Source: a virus. Taken from it: a stretch of DNA of 64,000 bases. The stretch lies in IMG/VR virus record IMGVR_UViG_3300035703_000025, positions 32,001 to 96,000 of that record; one strand, given 5' to 3'. The notes beneath the pieces were generated by a model that did not search any database, was not told where the DNA came from, and saw only the letters and a list, made by a program, of their open reading frames with translations. Both the position numbers and the translations under genes were made by a program. Positions 34,601 to 45,009 of the stretch are shown piece after piece (the first letter of the stretch is position 1; every line of letters begins with the position of its first letter).

Positions 34601-37373
34601 TTCCATTCTTAACAACAACATTACAGCGCTTAGCGGAAGAGGCACTTCGATACCAGGAGGACCACCAGGTGGTGGTGGTGGCGCAGGAGGTGGTAGAGGT
34701 GGTGGGTTTTTAAAGAATGCTATATTTTCTCCGCTTGGACAGGGAACTGGTCTTTTCTTAGCCTCTGGCCTAACTTCAATATTGTCTGATTTTGTTTCTA
34801 GGCTTGGTACAAATCAAAGAGAAAGAAATATCGCAGGAGAGGCTTCGTCTGCAATAAATATTTTAGGTGGCGGACTTGGAGGGGCTGGATTTGCAAGACT
34901 TTTAGGGTTTGGTCTTCGTGGCACAGCAGCTGGTGTTATTGCTGGCGCTGGGCTAGAGACTTTTAAAGTAATAAATCAAAGAAGAGAAGATCAAAGAATA
35001 GCAGAACAGCAAAGACAGCAAGAACAGCTTTCTGCTAGGCAGAACATAACTGCAGAATTTGTATCAAGCGGAAGAATAGCACAAGGCGGCGTCCCGACAC
35101 TTGGACCAAACATAGAAAGATTCTTCCTTGATAAAAACGCCTTGCCTCAAAGAATAGACGCTCTTGTTTCTTTAATTATTAAAAGAGAGGGCAATGTAAA
35201 AGGATCGCTAGAAAATCTTGTCAGAAGGTCTGACCCAAATCTGACTTCAGAACAAATAGCTGATGCGGTAAAGGATCTCACAAGCCCAGAAGGAGGCGGA
35301 ACGCAAGCGCTTGAGATTCTGAGGCAGTCACTTAAGAGCGCGTTCGTAAGAGCGCAAAATCTTGGTCTTACTGGTGCTAAAGCTGATGCATTTGTTAAAA
35401 AAGAACTGCAAACCCTTCTGTCAAGACCCTCAGCAGGCGTTGTGGTGCAAGGAAAAGAAATTGAAAAGGTATTCAATTCCCTTGTCAAGCAATTCGGTAA
35501 AGTTGGAAGAGCATCACTGAGCCTTGATGAGGTTTTAAATGATTACGCTCAAAGTCTTGAACTTTCATCCGCAAGAATATTTGCGTCGCTTGGAAGAGTC
35601 AGCCAAAGCTCGCAGCTAAGACAAAATGTCAGAAATAGAAACGTTTTAGGTGCTGACGCCCTTTCATCTATATTTGGAACAGGAGCGTTCACTCCAAGGA
35701 CAACAGAGCTTTCGCAGTTTACATCAGAGGCCCAGCTCTTTTCTCGTTTTGGAGCAACGCCATTAATAACGCCAGATCTTCAGCAGAGAATAAACCAAAT
35801 AAACACACTTGCCGAACAGTTTAGGTCTGGTTCTTTTTCTGGCGCCCCACCCCTATTCATAGCAAGACAGGCGGCACAAGCTGCTGCTGGAGAGGACGAC
35901 AACGAGAGAGACTTGAGAGGCAGAGAGTCAGAAATTCAAAAAAGATTTGAACAGCTAGCTAAATCTGGAGAGGTAAATGTAGGAGAGGCACTTCTAGGGA
36001 TCGATAAGCTAAGAGAGGCCAGAATAGCCTCAATTAATGAACTTATTAAAGAGCAAAACGAGTATTTAAAAGACGCTGTAGCTCTATCTGATTTAGCGAC
36101 ACAGAAGCGATTCCAGCAACTTGACGTTCAAAAACAAATAGTAAGCATACAAGACTCTCTTAGAAGACAGCTTTTAGAAATAGATCGCGCTAGTGGAAAT
36201 ATAAGTGAGGCGCAATTTAGGAGTGGTGTTGGTGCAATAAAGCCACAGCTTCCAGGTGTCGCAACTGGGCTATTGACTGGCGGCGGTGGTGGATTTTCTG
36301 GTCTTGGTCGGGCGTTGGCAGATGTTCAAACAAACCTTGCTAGATTTTCTCAAAATATATCTAGGGGTCTTTATGCGCCAGGAGCTATATCCAGCGCAGC
36401 GTCCTCACCAGCAGCATTCGGCTCTTTTATAAATAACATAATACAGTCAAGACAGCTAGCTGTTGGCCAGGTAAATGTAGCAGAAACAGACCCAAATAAA
36501 CTCATAGCAGATGTCACTAGAGCCTTCAACGAAACAAAGTCTCTTATACCAAGACTTTTTGATGAGTTTGGAAATTACCTAGACGCATCAAGACAGGGCG
36601 TTCTTGAGCAGATTCAAATTATACAAGGCCAGCTACAAGCAAGCCTAGGTTTTACTAAAGACATTGTAAGCAAGGCATTTGGCGGGACGCCAGACGAGCA
36701 AGCCTTGGCACGTCAAGAAATAGAGAAAAACAGAGATAATCTGCGAAGACTTGCTTCTGAGCTTCAGGCGGCTGGTTTCAAGCCAGAGGATCTAACCCCT
36801 GAAAAAATAGTAAATAGCCCAGCCCTGCAAGCCATAGCAGAAGATTTTGCAAGAAGAATAGGCGCAACTGGAGATTTCCTTGGTGCTACTGGCCTTGCAC
36901 AAAGCGCTGGTGGCGCAACACTTCAAGGATTTGGATTTACTGGTACGCAACTAAGCGATCTAATAAATCTAGGACAGGCAATTGTTCCGAGCTTGACTGG
37001 TTTTAACACTGGACTATCAAATAGTTTTAGTGAAATAAATAAGCTTAAAACTGAGCTTGAGGCAATTGCTAACACGCAAATACAGCTTCAAAAAGAGTCA
37101 AAGGATATAATAGACGCACAAAACTCTTTAGCAACAAAAACGGCAGAAAATTTAGCAAAGGCACTTGAGGGCTTCCCAGAAACAATTACATTCAAAATAG
37201 AGGGACTCCAAGACATAAATCTGAAATTCAATCTTACTTCAGCAGAGGAAGACATACAAAATATTAAAAACGAAGTTGCTACGCAAGTGAGTGAATATAT
37301 TAAAAACGCATTGAACACAGCTGGCTTTAGCATATCTTCATTTACCTTTCCAGTAGGACGACCAACACCATAA
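31662..37373 (+). CDS. tail tape measure protein
   Basis: 1903 aa, Ala/Gln/Leu-rich helical; TP901-type core (SEIASGVALLAQAGF, DLVNQFSKDYAVESQDL, ESASVIGTSLKTI). Confidence 0.9.
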   Translation: MAEDFFLRFGALVNTINVNKSAVSQAAKAIQSALNQRAAVDVAVNFSPGDATELFGQISKVADQARKIINDPKLKVGAAGSRDVEGLFKSVNALKGASAGAREAIRLIQLNPKTFKDSQDLVTLFQFLSEEIKVLQRDAKRAIKLEFDTEAIDKALEKTETLKTRLATRQQVLGSSIGQFIRARSAQEEQRAQLDPSYVAKTRQDIRSEALSLFDPGSVNTLREANDLINKVRGETQKISAENFNTSKAVKDANAAYKIREANANKIYSVEQAIKKTVDEQVKAEAAKAATAAKSGTFYKARSASEIERDIRSRPEVAALLSGGGKIAPLDRRRVEDTIKAEGVAAKKEAKDLTDKLTAKEKERSKAILDQLRFRESLRGLIEKEIALEQKLVELDKLKGRSRASRSRADIAASVEGRFGIIAPGAAPATQADIITANAERATFARSQAEREKLVSKEISQRQAVLEEEAKKRQKIRDRVRETYDALVKLNNEVARKAGPGYTKLSNAELAKQALEVNKLTGVNISSLTGASLEGALGRTTKASKDAKNALREFNQALRDVEGGRQSVLQFTARFGNSFERLGAQVTIATQRIAAYVIGASGIYGTVSFIRNSTSEFFKLEQQLTKVRQVLGDTTENNGKIKELSGFIKNLGTSLGIAPSEIASGVALLAQAGFTNVSELKGAIEAISQARLGPSFGSQEQTVDGLIAVYRQFNLTLSDTKNILDLVNQFSKDYAVESQDLFEIVKRGGSAFAELGGNFQEFLGISSALRQQTRESASVIGTSLKTITTSLFKPKFEKFIGGIDPKILQELNPSRRLQAVANLFQTRFGTESEKVSAISQFVDVRNASRVLALFEALNSQAENLRQTTEKAAGSVLRDAQTQLETVGKSIERARISLQEAAVGLVDNPFIREVFKSGANLVSGAIAPTLGAIAPVAAPAGFAVAIYALVNIIKSSIVTYRALITSSQRLTTGLDSVNRTISILNNNITALSGRGTSIPGGPPGGGGGAGGGRGGGFLKNAIFSPLGQGTGLFLASGLTSILSDFVSRLGTNQRERNIAGEASSAINILGGGLGGAGFARLLGFGLRGTAAGVIAGAGLETFKVINQRREDQRIAEQQRQQEQLSARQNITAEFVSSGRIAQGGVPTLGPNIERFFLDKNALPQRIDALVSLIIKREGNVKGSLENLVRRSDPNLTSEQIADAVKDLTSPEGGGTQALEILRQSLKSAFVRAQNLGLTGAKADAFVKKELQTLLSRPSAGVVVQGKEIEKVFNSLVKQFGKVGRASLSLDEVLNDYAQSLELSSARIFASLGRVSQSSQLRQNVRNRNVLGADALSSIFGTGAFTPRTTELSQFTSEAQLFSRFGATPLITPDLQQRINQINTLAEQFRSGSFSGAPPLFIARQAAQAAAGEDDNERDLRGRESEIQKRFEQLAKSGEVNVGEALLGIDKLREARIASINELIKEQNEYLKDAVALSDLATQKRFQQLDVQKQIVSIQDSLRRQLLEIDRASGNISEAQFRSGVGAIKPQLPGVATGLLTGGGGGFSGLGRALADVQTNLARFSQNISRGLYAPGAISSAASSPAAFGSFINNIIQSRQLAVGQVNVAETDPNKLIADVTRAFNETKSLIPRLFDEFGNYLDASRQGVLEQIQIIQGQLQASLGFTKDIVSKAFGGTPDEQALARQEIEKNRDNLRRLASELQAAGFKPEDLTPEKIVNSPALQAIAEDFARRIGATGDFLGATGLAQSAGGATLQGFGFTGTQLSDLINLGQAIVPSLTGFNTGLSNSFSEINKLKTELEAIANTQIQLQKESKDIIDAQNSLATKTAENLAKALEGFPETITFKIEGLQDINLKFNLTSAEEDIQNIKNEVATQVSEYIKNALNTAGFSISSFTFPVGRPTP

Positions 37374-37374
37374 A

Positions 37375-37977
37375 ATGCCATCCCAGTACCAAATAATTAG
37401 CAATATTTTGACTTATGGCGCCTACGGCGTCTCAAGTGGTACTGCAACAATATTTGCTACTGGCGCTCCAGGGCTAACCATAGGCGCTATGCCTATGTAC
37501 ATAGGCACAGTAGAAACTCCAGCTACTAGAACTGTTCCACTTATTTTATCCGCAATGGATCAGTGCGGACAGTGGGATGTAGGCCTAAAACAAAGATGGC
37601 AAACTTATACTAGCAGCGCTCTTGAACAATGGCAAGTAATACCGTCAAGCTGTGTTCAGGGGGCCTACATAACAAAGTACACATCTATTTTTATGTCTGG
37701 CGCTAGCACTGGAAATTATAATGCGCAAATGCCGCTTTTCCTGTACGCAAGCGGTGATGGTATAATTAATGGATCAACAACCGCATTTTTGTATGCACAA
37801 GCCTTTGAAAGCTCAACAGGCACAATATTTATTAAGGGCTTTGGTTCATCGACAGGAACTACAACAATAGCAATATCTGGTGCTTATGCATCTTCTACTG
37901 GTACGACAACGGCATTTATAGGGGCTTTTGATGTTTCAAGTCTTGAGGTCGAACTTTATATTTCTGGTATAGAATGA
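37375..37977 (+). CDS. putative tail protein with short repeats
   Basis: Repeated SSTGTxTxFIxG units. Confidence 0.55.
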   Translation: MPSQYQIISNILTYGAYGVSSGTATIFATGAPGLTIGAMPMYIGTVETPATRTVPLILSAMDQCGQWDVGLKQRWQTYTSSALEQWQVIPSSCVQGAYITKYTSIFMSGASTGNYNAQMPLFLYASGDGIINGSTTAFLYAQAFESSTGTIFIKGFGSSTGTTTIAISGAYASSTGTTTAFIGAFDVSSLEVELYISGIE

Positions 37978-37978
37978 G

Positions 37979-37984
37979 GTGTAT
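37979..37984 (+). promoter_or_regulatory. GTGTAT late promoter motif
   Basis: 8 nt before ATG 37993. Confidence 0.7.
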
Positions 37985-37992
37985 AAAACAAT

Positions 37993-38832
37993 ATGGGAAC
38001 TTCATTTTTAGGACAAACGCCAAGCCAGACATACAAAGATATTTTACAGATATCTAACTCAAATAACGGTATGCCAACAACGCTACGTGCTGTTGCTGCT
38101 GGAAACGGAACCGATTCTGCTCTTAAAATATGCACAACTGGAGTTGACATAAACGGAGTCCTGTTAATAAGCGGCACAAGAATTACAGCCACCGCTTCAG
38201 AAATTAATAAAATCGACAGGGCTGGCTCTGATGGCGATGTTGAATCAAATAAAGTAATAGTTGCTGGATCTAATAGAGACATAACTTTTAATGGCGGCGT
38301 TATTAGCATGGCTGGTTCTGGATTGTTACAAAACGGAACAATCAGAAACATGGCTATTGAAAGCTTTTCATTTGGCGGCTATCAAGTAAGCGCAACTGGA
38401 TCAACATCAACTGGCGTTTTTGTTATTTACCCAGCTAGCGGAACTACACAAAAAGTAACACTAAATCAGCCGCTAACACAGGTCTCAATATCTAAATCAC
38501 CATTTCAAGACCAAGATGCTAGCGGAACCACAGGCCTTCCAGCGACTTACATGAGAGATTATCGTGTGACTTTTTTTGCAGTTCAAGACGCTGCTGGTAA
38601 TAGGGAGGTTGATTTCGACAACTCAATTATTTGGCCACGCGAACAATGGGCTAGCGGATACTCAAAGCCAAGACTAAACTCTCCAGTCACAGCGACTGGC
38701 ACACAAATAGACGGTTTTGAATTTTACAGTTTTGATTATGGTGTAACTTGGTACGGAAACAGGATAGCCTCCTCAATTGCTTCTTCAAGCGCTGGCCCGC
38801 TTGATTCTATAATTGATGGCGGCACTTATTGA
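37993..38832 (+). CDS. tail fibre-like protein
   Basis: GQTPSQTYKDILQI N-terminus; VQDAAGNREVDF..IIWP..IDGFEFYSFDYGVTWYG domain; C-terminal IDGGTY. Confidence 0.6.
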   Translation: MGTSFLGQTPSQTYKDILQISNSNNGMPTTLRAVAAGNGTDSALKICTTGVDINGVLLISGTRITATASEINKIDRAGSDGDVESNKVIVAGSNRDITFNGGVISMAGSGLLQNGTIRNMAIESFSFGGYQVSATGSTSTGVFVIYPASGTTQKVTLNQPLTQVSISKSPFQDQDASGTTGLPATYMRDYRVTFFAVQDAAGNREVDFDNSIIWPREQWASGYSKPRLNSPVTATGTQIDGFEFYSFDYGVTWYGNRIASSIASSSAGPLDSIIDGGTY

Positions 38833-38844
38833 TTTGAGGAAAAT

Positions 38845-40428
38845 ATGGCAATAGTACTATATAATGGTAAATACATTACCCCAGCACCACTTTACAGCCT
38901 TTCTGAAAATTATCTCAGAACGACTGATGGCACAGTTCTATCGTCGCAGTTTGAGCTTACACTAAACGGAACACTTCTTCCAGATCGCGGGTCTCCAGGA
39001 CCAACAGGTCAATTTTTTACAACTTTATCTACAGCAGAATCTGTCGATACATCTATTAACACCGATGATAAAAAATTTGGATCTCTTTTAAAGAAGCAAA
39101 GAGCACTTCGTGATCTTTTTACAATCAATCCAGGAGAGCCGAATACTGGCTCCGCTACAAATAAAGTATCAACTGAATATTTACTCGAAATAAAAACAGA
39201 CGACGGAACAACGAGTGTTCTTAAATGTAAGCCGCAAATTTCTAATATTTCATTTGCAGACGCTATTCACGTTGTAAAAACAGATTACACAATAACAATA
39301 CTTACAAATGAAATACTTATTGACGGATACACGCCAGTAAATCCTACTTTTGCGCAATCTGAGTTTGGTGGTTTTAACTTAAAATCAGCTTCTGACTCAA
39401 TCACTGTTTCTTCCGATAACGATTTTGAAAATTCTTATACTGTTACAAGATCTGTTTCTGCACAAAGCTACAAGGCATTTGCTACTGAATATGCAGCTAC
39501 TGGAAACTTTAGCCCATTCGTAAAAGCAAGACAGTGGGTTGAAAAAAAGGTATCAGAAACAGGCCTGGTTAATCCAATAACAATTTACAGTTTATATGCA
39601 CCGAAGTCAGGATACGAATACGTCGGACATCAAACTTCTGAACAATCAGATCAATACGCCGGATCTTATTCTATACAACAGACATGGAAGTTTATTAAAA
39701 CAACTACAAGCGGAGTTCAAGACGATTTTAACATATCAATGACGTCTAGGGCTAGCGGACCAAACGCAATAAGCAACACCCACGGTTACGATAAATCTTT
39801 TAGAGTTTCTGGTGCCATAAAGGGAATTCAGCCAGGACCAACTGGTTATAAAAAAGCAAAAGATTATTTCACTAATATAATAGCTGCCAATAATTTTGGT
39901 GTGCTAAAAACAAGAATAACAGAAACTGGATCACTAACAAATCCTTACATAACAGGATCTTCATATATTTATGGTCCTTATGGTATGACCATTTCTGAAA
40001 ATAGAAGATCTGCGACTGTAAATTACGAAGCTGAATTCAAGGAAAAAGCAGTAGATTTAACGGGTACAAATTTTATAGATTTTGATGTTAATGTTAGCCA
40101 AAACACAAAAGAAAACTTTGTTGCTGAAATACCAGTCCCAGGTAGAACAGCAGGCCCCGTTATTCAGGACATAAAAACAACAAACACAACAAAGAGAAAC
40201 ATTTCAGCAAATTTTGTCATAGGAACTGGCCTTAAGGCAGATTTTGGCACTATTGGAACTTACAGAAATAACGCAAAAGCAATATTAACGACGATAGATG
40301 TCTATCCTACTGGAACACAAGGATCAAATTTTTGGCTTACTTCTTTTAGCGAGTCACTTGATATATTTAAAGGAAATTATTCTTTTAATGCAACTATACT
40401 AACTCCAGGACAGGGTGGTACTTTATAA
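38845..40428 (+). CDS. tail tip/distal tail protein (putative)
   Basis: Beta-rich, downstream of the TMP. Confidence 0.5.
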   Translation: MAIVLYNGKYITPAPLYSLSENYLRTTDGTVLSSQFELTLNGTLLPDRGSPGPTGQFFTTLSTAESVDTSINTDDKKFGSLLKKQRALRDLFTINPGEPNTGSATNKVSTEYLLEIKTDDGTTSVLKCKPQISNISFADAIHVVKTDYTITILTNEILIDGYTPVNPTFAQSEFGGFNLKSASDSITVSSDNDFENSYTVTRSVSAQSYKAFATEYAATGNFSPFVKARQWVEKKVSETGLVNPITIYSLYAPKSGYEYVGHQTSEQSDQYAGSYSIQQTWKFIKTTTSGVQDDFNISMTSRASGPNAISNTHGYDKSFRVSGAIKGIQPGPTGYKKAKDYFTNIIAANNFGVLKTRITETGSLTNPYITGSSYIYGPYGMTISENRRSATVNYEAEFKEKAVDLTGTNFIDFDVNVSQNTKENFVAEIPVPGRTAGPVIQDIKTTNTTKRNISANFVIGTGLKADFGTIGTYRNNAKAILTTIDVYPTGTQGSNFWLTSFSESLDIFKGNYSFNATILTPGQGGTL

Positions 40429-43400
40429 TGCCAGCAGATTCAATAATAGGGTCCCCAATAAAGTTTCTTGGTTGCTCTGTTGTAAGCTTTAGCTGTAATT
40501 TAGGCTTTAATGGCTCACCATCAACCTTAGATGTCCAGCTAGTCGAGGACAACGGAGAAAATTTCACTGGACACGGAACTCTTGATTACGCCACAGATGA
40601 GCAGGCGCTCATTGCCTCTATAAAAGGCGGCTCTGAGTTTTTAGCTGGAAACCCAGGAAGTTATCATCTTTTTCAAAATGGTAGTTTTAAGTTTGGTGGC
40701 GTTGTTACTAGCTGGCGCCGAACGCATTCGTCTTCTGGAAGGCTAATTAACGTTCAGCTAACTGATCCAAGAGCAATACTGAAAGACATTCCAGTTATTA
40801 CAGACCATTGTCCAGCTTTTAGTGGTGGTGCTACTCAATGGGATGGCTACAACGTTGTTACACCACTAAACACATTTGCCAATGCCATTGCAGCAAACTG
40901 GACTGCCGATGGAATGATTTGGCGCAACGTTTTAGATACTAGATTGGAGCAACCGACTTATAATTTTTACGGCAAGCAATACAAAATATCTTTTGACGGA
41001 ACATTTACATCACGAGTTCCACTTAATTATAGAGTTCAGATACAAAATGCTAGCATCGAAGACTTCATAAACAGAGTCGCCAAAGATAATAACATTGACT
41101 GGTACGCTGTTTGCGAGTCACTAGAAACAGACAGCACAAAAACCATATCAGTTCGAGGTATTAGCCGCGTAAATCAGTACGCACTCACCAATGACTCAAT
41201 AAATACCTTTATAAGCTCTCTATCTAACAAGCTTTCATCATATGAGATTGGTAGAGAATTAAGAACTGATCCGACAAAAGCAATATTTATTGGTGATAAC
41301 AAAAGAACATTACACATAAACACAGATCTAACCCAGGTCTACCACATAGACGGTGACGGATATATCTGCGATCAGCCATTCATTGATCTTTCATCAATAC
41401 ATTCCGATGATCCATCACTAGTATCTAATTTACCGACTGTCACTCTTGGTGGAATAAGATCGACTAAAACGGCTGGTGCGGTAAACGCTTCTTCTGTTGG
41501 AAACCCAACCACAAATAAAAGCAAATCACAGCTTACTAAGAAGGGCTACATTGCAACAGAAAGAATACTCAGAGCGGCACTGCACAGCAAAGAAGCTTGG
41601 GCCACTGCGATTTGGTATGCTTTTAGAGAGCTTTACGTAAACGGAATAACATATACAACCTACAGTGGTTTTCATCAAAATAAGTTCATAGCTGGCTCTC
41701 ATTCTGGATCAACTCAAGCTATAACATTTGGCGCACTAAATGGCATACCGATGAAAATGGGTATATATTCACCACCATTCAACCGAGAAAGCCCGTCATT
41801 TTCTGATGTTCCAACAACATTTCTAAGTGGATATATTCCAACACCACAGACAGAAGCATTAAAAGAGGCTTGTTATCAAGCCACTCTTCGTGTCGCACAA
41901 GAATATTACGGCAAGGTGTTTGTTGGTTTTATTTTTAACGATCCATCGTTTAGCTCAATAACTGGGGCTGATTCTTCCGGCAATAGTGGCTCGTATGTGT
42001 ACTCTGGTAAAAAAATACCAATGACTTACGAGATAACTGATTCAGCCCCAGATTTAAGCGATCCACAAAATGATAGCCTTGTACATAATTTATATGGTCT
42101 GCACTTGAATACAGACTCGGGTGCTTTCAGAAGTGAGCAGGGCTTATTTAGGCCGTACTGTGAAATAGACTTCGGAACCCTTTCTTCAAATAGGCCAGGT
42201 ACAAGACTAGATAACTTCGACCCAGCCTCTTACTTGAAAGTAAGCAAATCAAATACAACACTTCCATCATCAAGCTCTGACTGTTACCTTCTTAGATCTG
42301 ATGTCTCTATAGAACAATATAAATTTGACCCAAGATATTTCGTAGCCACAATAAATGAACCGTTCAATGTTGGCTTCGATGATATTAGGATCGCGACATA
42401 TACTGTATACTCATACTCATCTGATCAAAATGCTATAGAATCAGACCCAAGACTTCTTGGTGCAACAAAAACAGTTGATGCTGTGACTACAGTTCCAGCG
42501 CTTCTCACAACTAAAAAAGACAAAAGCGAGGGCGCTAGAGAGTTTTTATCCTGGATTTACAGCGACTACAGCATAGTTGCCATAACTGATGATATAGTTC
42601 CAGCATCAAAACAAATTTCAGCCAAAAAATACATGGAGATGATAAACAGCTCTTCAAAAATTTGGCAAGAAAAAATAGGATTAGCAGAGAGAAGATATAC
42701 TCCCGCAATGGGAGCTGGATTCAAGGTGGCTGTTCCATTAAAGTGGAGGTTTTTAAAATATGGCCCTTTCATTGGAAACAATACAAATGTGAACTACAAC
42801 TTAAGACCAACGCAGGTAATAGACGATACTAGTCTTACGCCATGGAATTATGGAAATGTTGGCAACATGAATGTAGCAGGAAATATACTTGCAGATAACT
42901 CTTCTGGTCAAGTTTCGACTGTTGGATACGCATCAATAACAGTTGCTGGTCTTCCAGAGTATTCAATAGGATACGAAATATCGTCTAATGGCGCGGTGAT
43001 ATCAAATCTTGCAGACATTTCACTTTCTTATGGAACTAGCGGCTTTACTACAACATATAGGTTTAAGACATTCTTTGGTCCAACCGGCTTCAGGAGAAAG
43101 CAAGAGATAGACTCTGAAAGATCAAATACATTTAGGCTTGCAGACGCAAAGAAAGAGTTCATAAAACTAGACTCAATCGTAAAAGATTACGAGCCAGAAT
43201 CTGGTAAAAAATTCATATACATCGACAGATCACGATCAACACCAGCCACAGTAATAACCTCTGGTCAAGACAAAAACACGTCTGTTGACAGCAGCTTCCT
43301 GATGTGTAGTACGTCTCCTGGTAGCGAAAAACCAAATGTTTCGATTATTTCGGGCGGTGCAATAAAAGAGATGGTAAACGCTGACGTTTACGGCACTTAC

Positions 43401-43628
43401 ACCGCATCTGCATACGCTGGATTGAGTGAAATTTTTACGCCTGTTGGCGGCGCTTATCCAGAAACCCTACGAGCTTCTGAAACTATAATACCTAGTATAC
43501 ACGGCATACCAATTGGTGGAAGCGTAGCGTTTACTTCAACAGCGGCGCCGGAAGAAACAGAGAGCAAGTACATACCAGTGTTTGAATTGAAGGAATTTGA
43601 TCAGAAAGTAGCACTGCCGGAAACTTAA
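40428..43628 (+). CDS. tail hub/baseplate protein (putative)
   Basis: 1066 aa; FLGCSVVSFSCNLGFNGSPSTLDVQLVED hub-like start; ISLSYGTSGFTTTYRF end of hub fold. Confidence 0.55.
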   Translation: MPADSIIGSPIKFLGCSVVSFSCNLGFNGSPSTLDVQLVEDNGENFTGHGTLDYATDEQALIASIKGGSEFLAGNPGSYHLFQNGSFKFGGVVTSWRRTHSSSGRLINVQLTDPRAILKDIPVITDHCPAFSGGATQWDGYNVVTPLNTFANAIAANWTADGMIWRNVLDTRLEQPTYNFYGKQYKISFDGTFTSRVPLNYRVQIQNASIEDFINRVAKDNNIDWYAVCESLETDSTKTISVRGISRVNQYALTNDSINTFISSLSNKLSSYEIGRELRTDPTKAIFIGDNKRTLHINTDLTQVYHIDGDGYICDQPFIDLSSIHSDDPSLVSNLPTVTLGGIRSTKTAGAVNASSVGNPTTNKSKSQLTKKGYIATERILRAALHSKEAWATAIWYAFRELYVNGITYTTYSGFHQNKFIAGSHSGSTQAITFGALNGIPMKMGIYSPPFNRESPSFSDVPTTFLSGYIPTPQTEALKEACYQATLRVAQEYYGKVFVGFIFNDPSFSSITGADSSGNSGSYVYSGKKIPMTYEITDSAPDLSDPQNDSLVHNLYGLHLNTDSGAFRSEQGLFRPYCEIDFGTLSSNRPGTRLDNFDPASYLKVSKSNTTLPSSSSDCYLLRSDVSIEQYKFDPRYFVATINEPFNVGFDDIRIATYTVYSYSSDQNAIESDPRLLGATKTVDAVTTVPALLTTKKDKSEGAREFLSWIYSDYSIVAITDDIVPASKQISAKKYMEMINSSSKIWQEKIGLAERRYTPAMGAGFKVAVPLKWRFLKYGPFIGNNTNVNYNLRPTQVIDDTSLTPWNYGNVGNMNVAGNILADNSSGQVSTVGYASITVAGLPEYSIGYEISSNGAVISNLADISLSYGTSGFTTTYRFKTFFGPTGFRRKQEIDSERSNTFRLADAKKEFIKLDSIVKDYEPESGKKFIYIDRSRSTPATVITSGQDKNTSVDSSFLMCSTSPGSEKPNVSIISGGAIKEMVNADVYGTYTASAYAGLSEIFTPVGGAYPETLRASETIIPSIHGIPIGGSVAFTSTAAPEETESKYIPVFELKEFDQKVALPET

Positions 43629-43629
43629 A

Positions 43630-45003
43630 ATGGAAATACCAAAGGACACACACGGTCTAGTACCAGGAGATACGTCTCTTTCAAATTTAAGAAACAGACC
43701 AGTTCCACAAGGTGGTGAGCCTGGAACAATAAACCCATTTACAGCAAGATTTATAGGTCTTGCTGGACCAGTAGCTATTGCTGGTTGGGGATACGATATT
43801 TTTGGAAGGCCTGTTCCTGGGGCTGTAAATCTAGCCGAACTTAATGGTATTGAAAGTAGCCCAAAAAACTACAGCCAGACAAAGTTTATAACAAAAAACG
43901 CAGGAGGCGCAAAGTTTCCGCTCGGTGGAGAGTCTCTTCCAACGCATCATGTAGCTGGAATGCTTGATGTAAGATACGACCCAAGACACGGGCTTTGGAG
44001 AACAAATCATTTTTTCTTAGCAGAGATAACTGGAGTTGTTTCGACAGGCAATAGTGTTTTTTGCAACAGATACGGCTGGAGAGAAATAGAAATACATGAA
44101 ATCAATCTTCCAGATCCAACAACAAAAAATATGCCAGTAGACACGCTTGACTTTCCATACCCAGCAAGGTCTTATGTCTCTGGAAATGAAATAAATAACT
44201 ACGCAATAAATTTAGCCGAATCTTCTGCGAATCAACACGATAGGATTCATCATAAAATACCATCTGGTACAATTGTGCAGATGAGATCTATCAATGTTCT
44301 TAAATCAAATAACGGTACTGATCCATCTCTTAATGATTATCAGCCGCTTTATATTTTTGAACAGGCTGGATACAATAGTGTCTTTATAAAAATACTAGGG
44401 TACGATGGAACTTATCCCGGACCGCTTTCTGAAGGGGATGCGTCTCCGCTTGGTAACGAACCAAACTACAATCAGGCGCGAATGCCGACTAGATGGATTT
44501 ATCAAGGAGTTATAGTTCAGTTTAGCGGTGGTAGAGATCTTCCGCCAGATAGAAGATTCTCAACTCCTTTTGGTTCTTTTGTTGAAGACGAAACCATACC
44601 AATTCAATACAGAAAAGTCCAGTGTGTAAATCTTATAGAGATTGGAAATCCGCCAGGCAGAAGAGGCTTAGTATGCCCAGGGATTGTTACTGCTACTGGA
44701 AACGCAATAACAGCAGCAAACGTTTGGCCGGATGGGGTTCCTGCTGGAATAACGCTTGCTGCTGGAACAAAGTCCGCATATCCTAAAGGCTTTTCTGTTC
44801 AACCAGTTTGTAGTGGTACGATTGTGGAAGCCCGAAGACTCCCCTCACCAAACGGCACAAGCACATACGGACCAATATACTATTTTCAAGTAGAAAACGC
44901 TCACGATGGCGGGTGCGCAAGCGGAGTTTGGCCTTTCTACGGACACACAACTCAATCACCAATGGAATACGGATCTGCTAATACTCCAAGACCTGGTGTA
45001 TAA
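43630..45003 (+). CDS. tail-associated protein
   Basis: GLAGPVAIAGWGYDIFGRPVP; synteny. Confidence 0.5.
   Translation: MEIPKDTHGLVPGDTSLSNLRNRPVPQGGEPGTINPFTARFIGLAGPVAIAGWGYDIFGRPVPGAVNLAELNGIESSPKNYSQTKFITKNAGGAKFPLGGESLPTHHVAGMLDVRYDPRHGLWRTNHFFLAEITGVVSTGNSVFCNRYGWREIEIHEINLPDPTTKNMPVDTLDFPYPARSYVSGNEINNYAINLAESSANQHDRIHHKIPSGTIVQMRSINVLKSNNGTDPSLNDYQPLYIFEQAGYNSVFIKILGYDGTYPGPLSEGDASPLGNEPNYNQARMPTRWIYQGVIVQFSGGRDLPPDRRFSTPFGSFVEDETIPIQYRKVQCVNLIEIGNPPGRRGLVCPGIVTATGNAITAANVWPDGVPAGITLAAGTKSAYPKGFSVQPVCSGTIVEARRLPSPNGTSTYGPIYYFQVENAHDGGCASGVWPFYGHTTQSPMEYGSANTPRPGV
44996..45001 (+). promoter_or_regulatory. GTGTAT late promoter motif
   Basis: 8 nt before ATG 45010. Confidence 0.7.
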
Positions 45004-45009
45004 TACAGT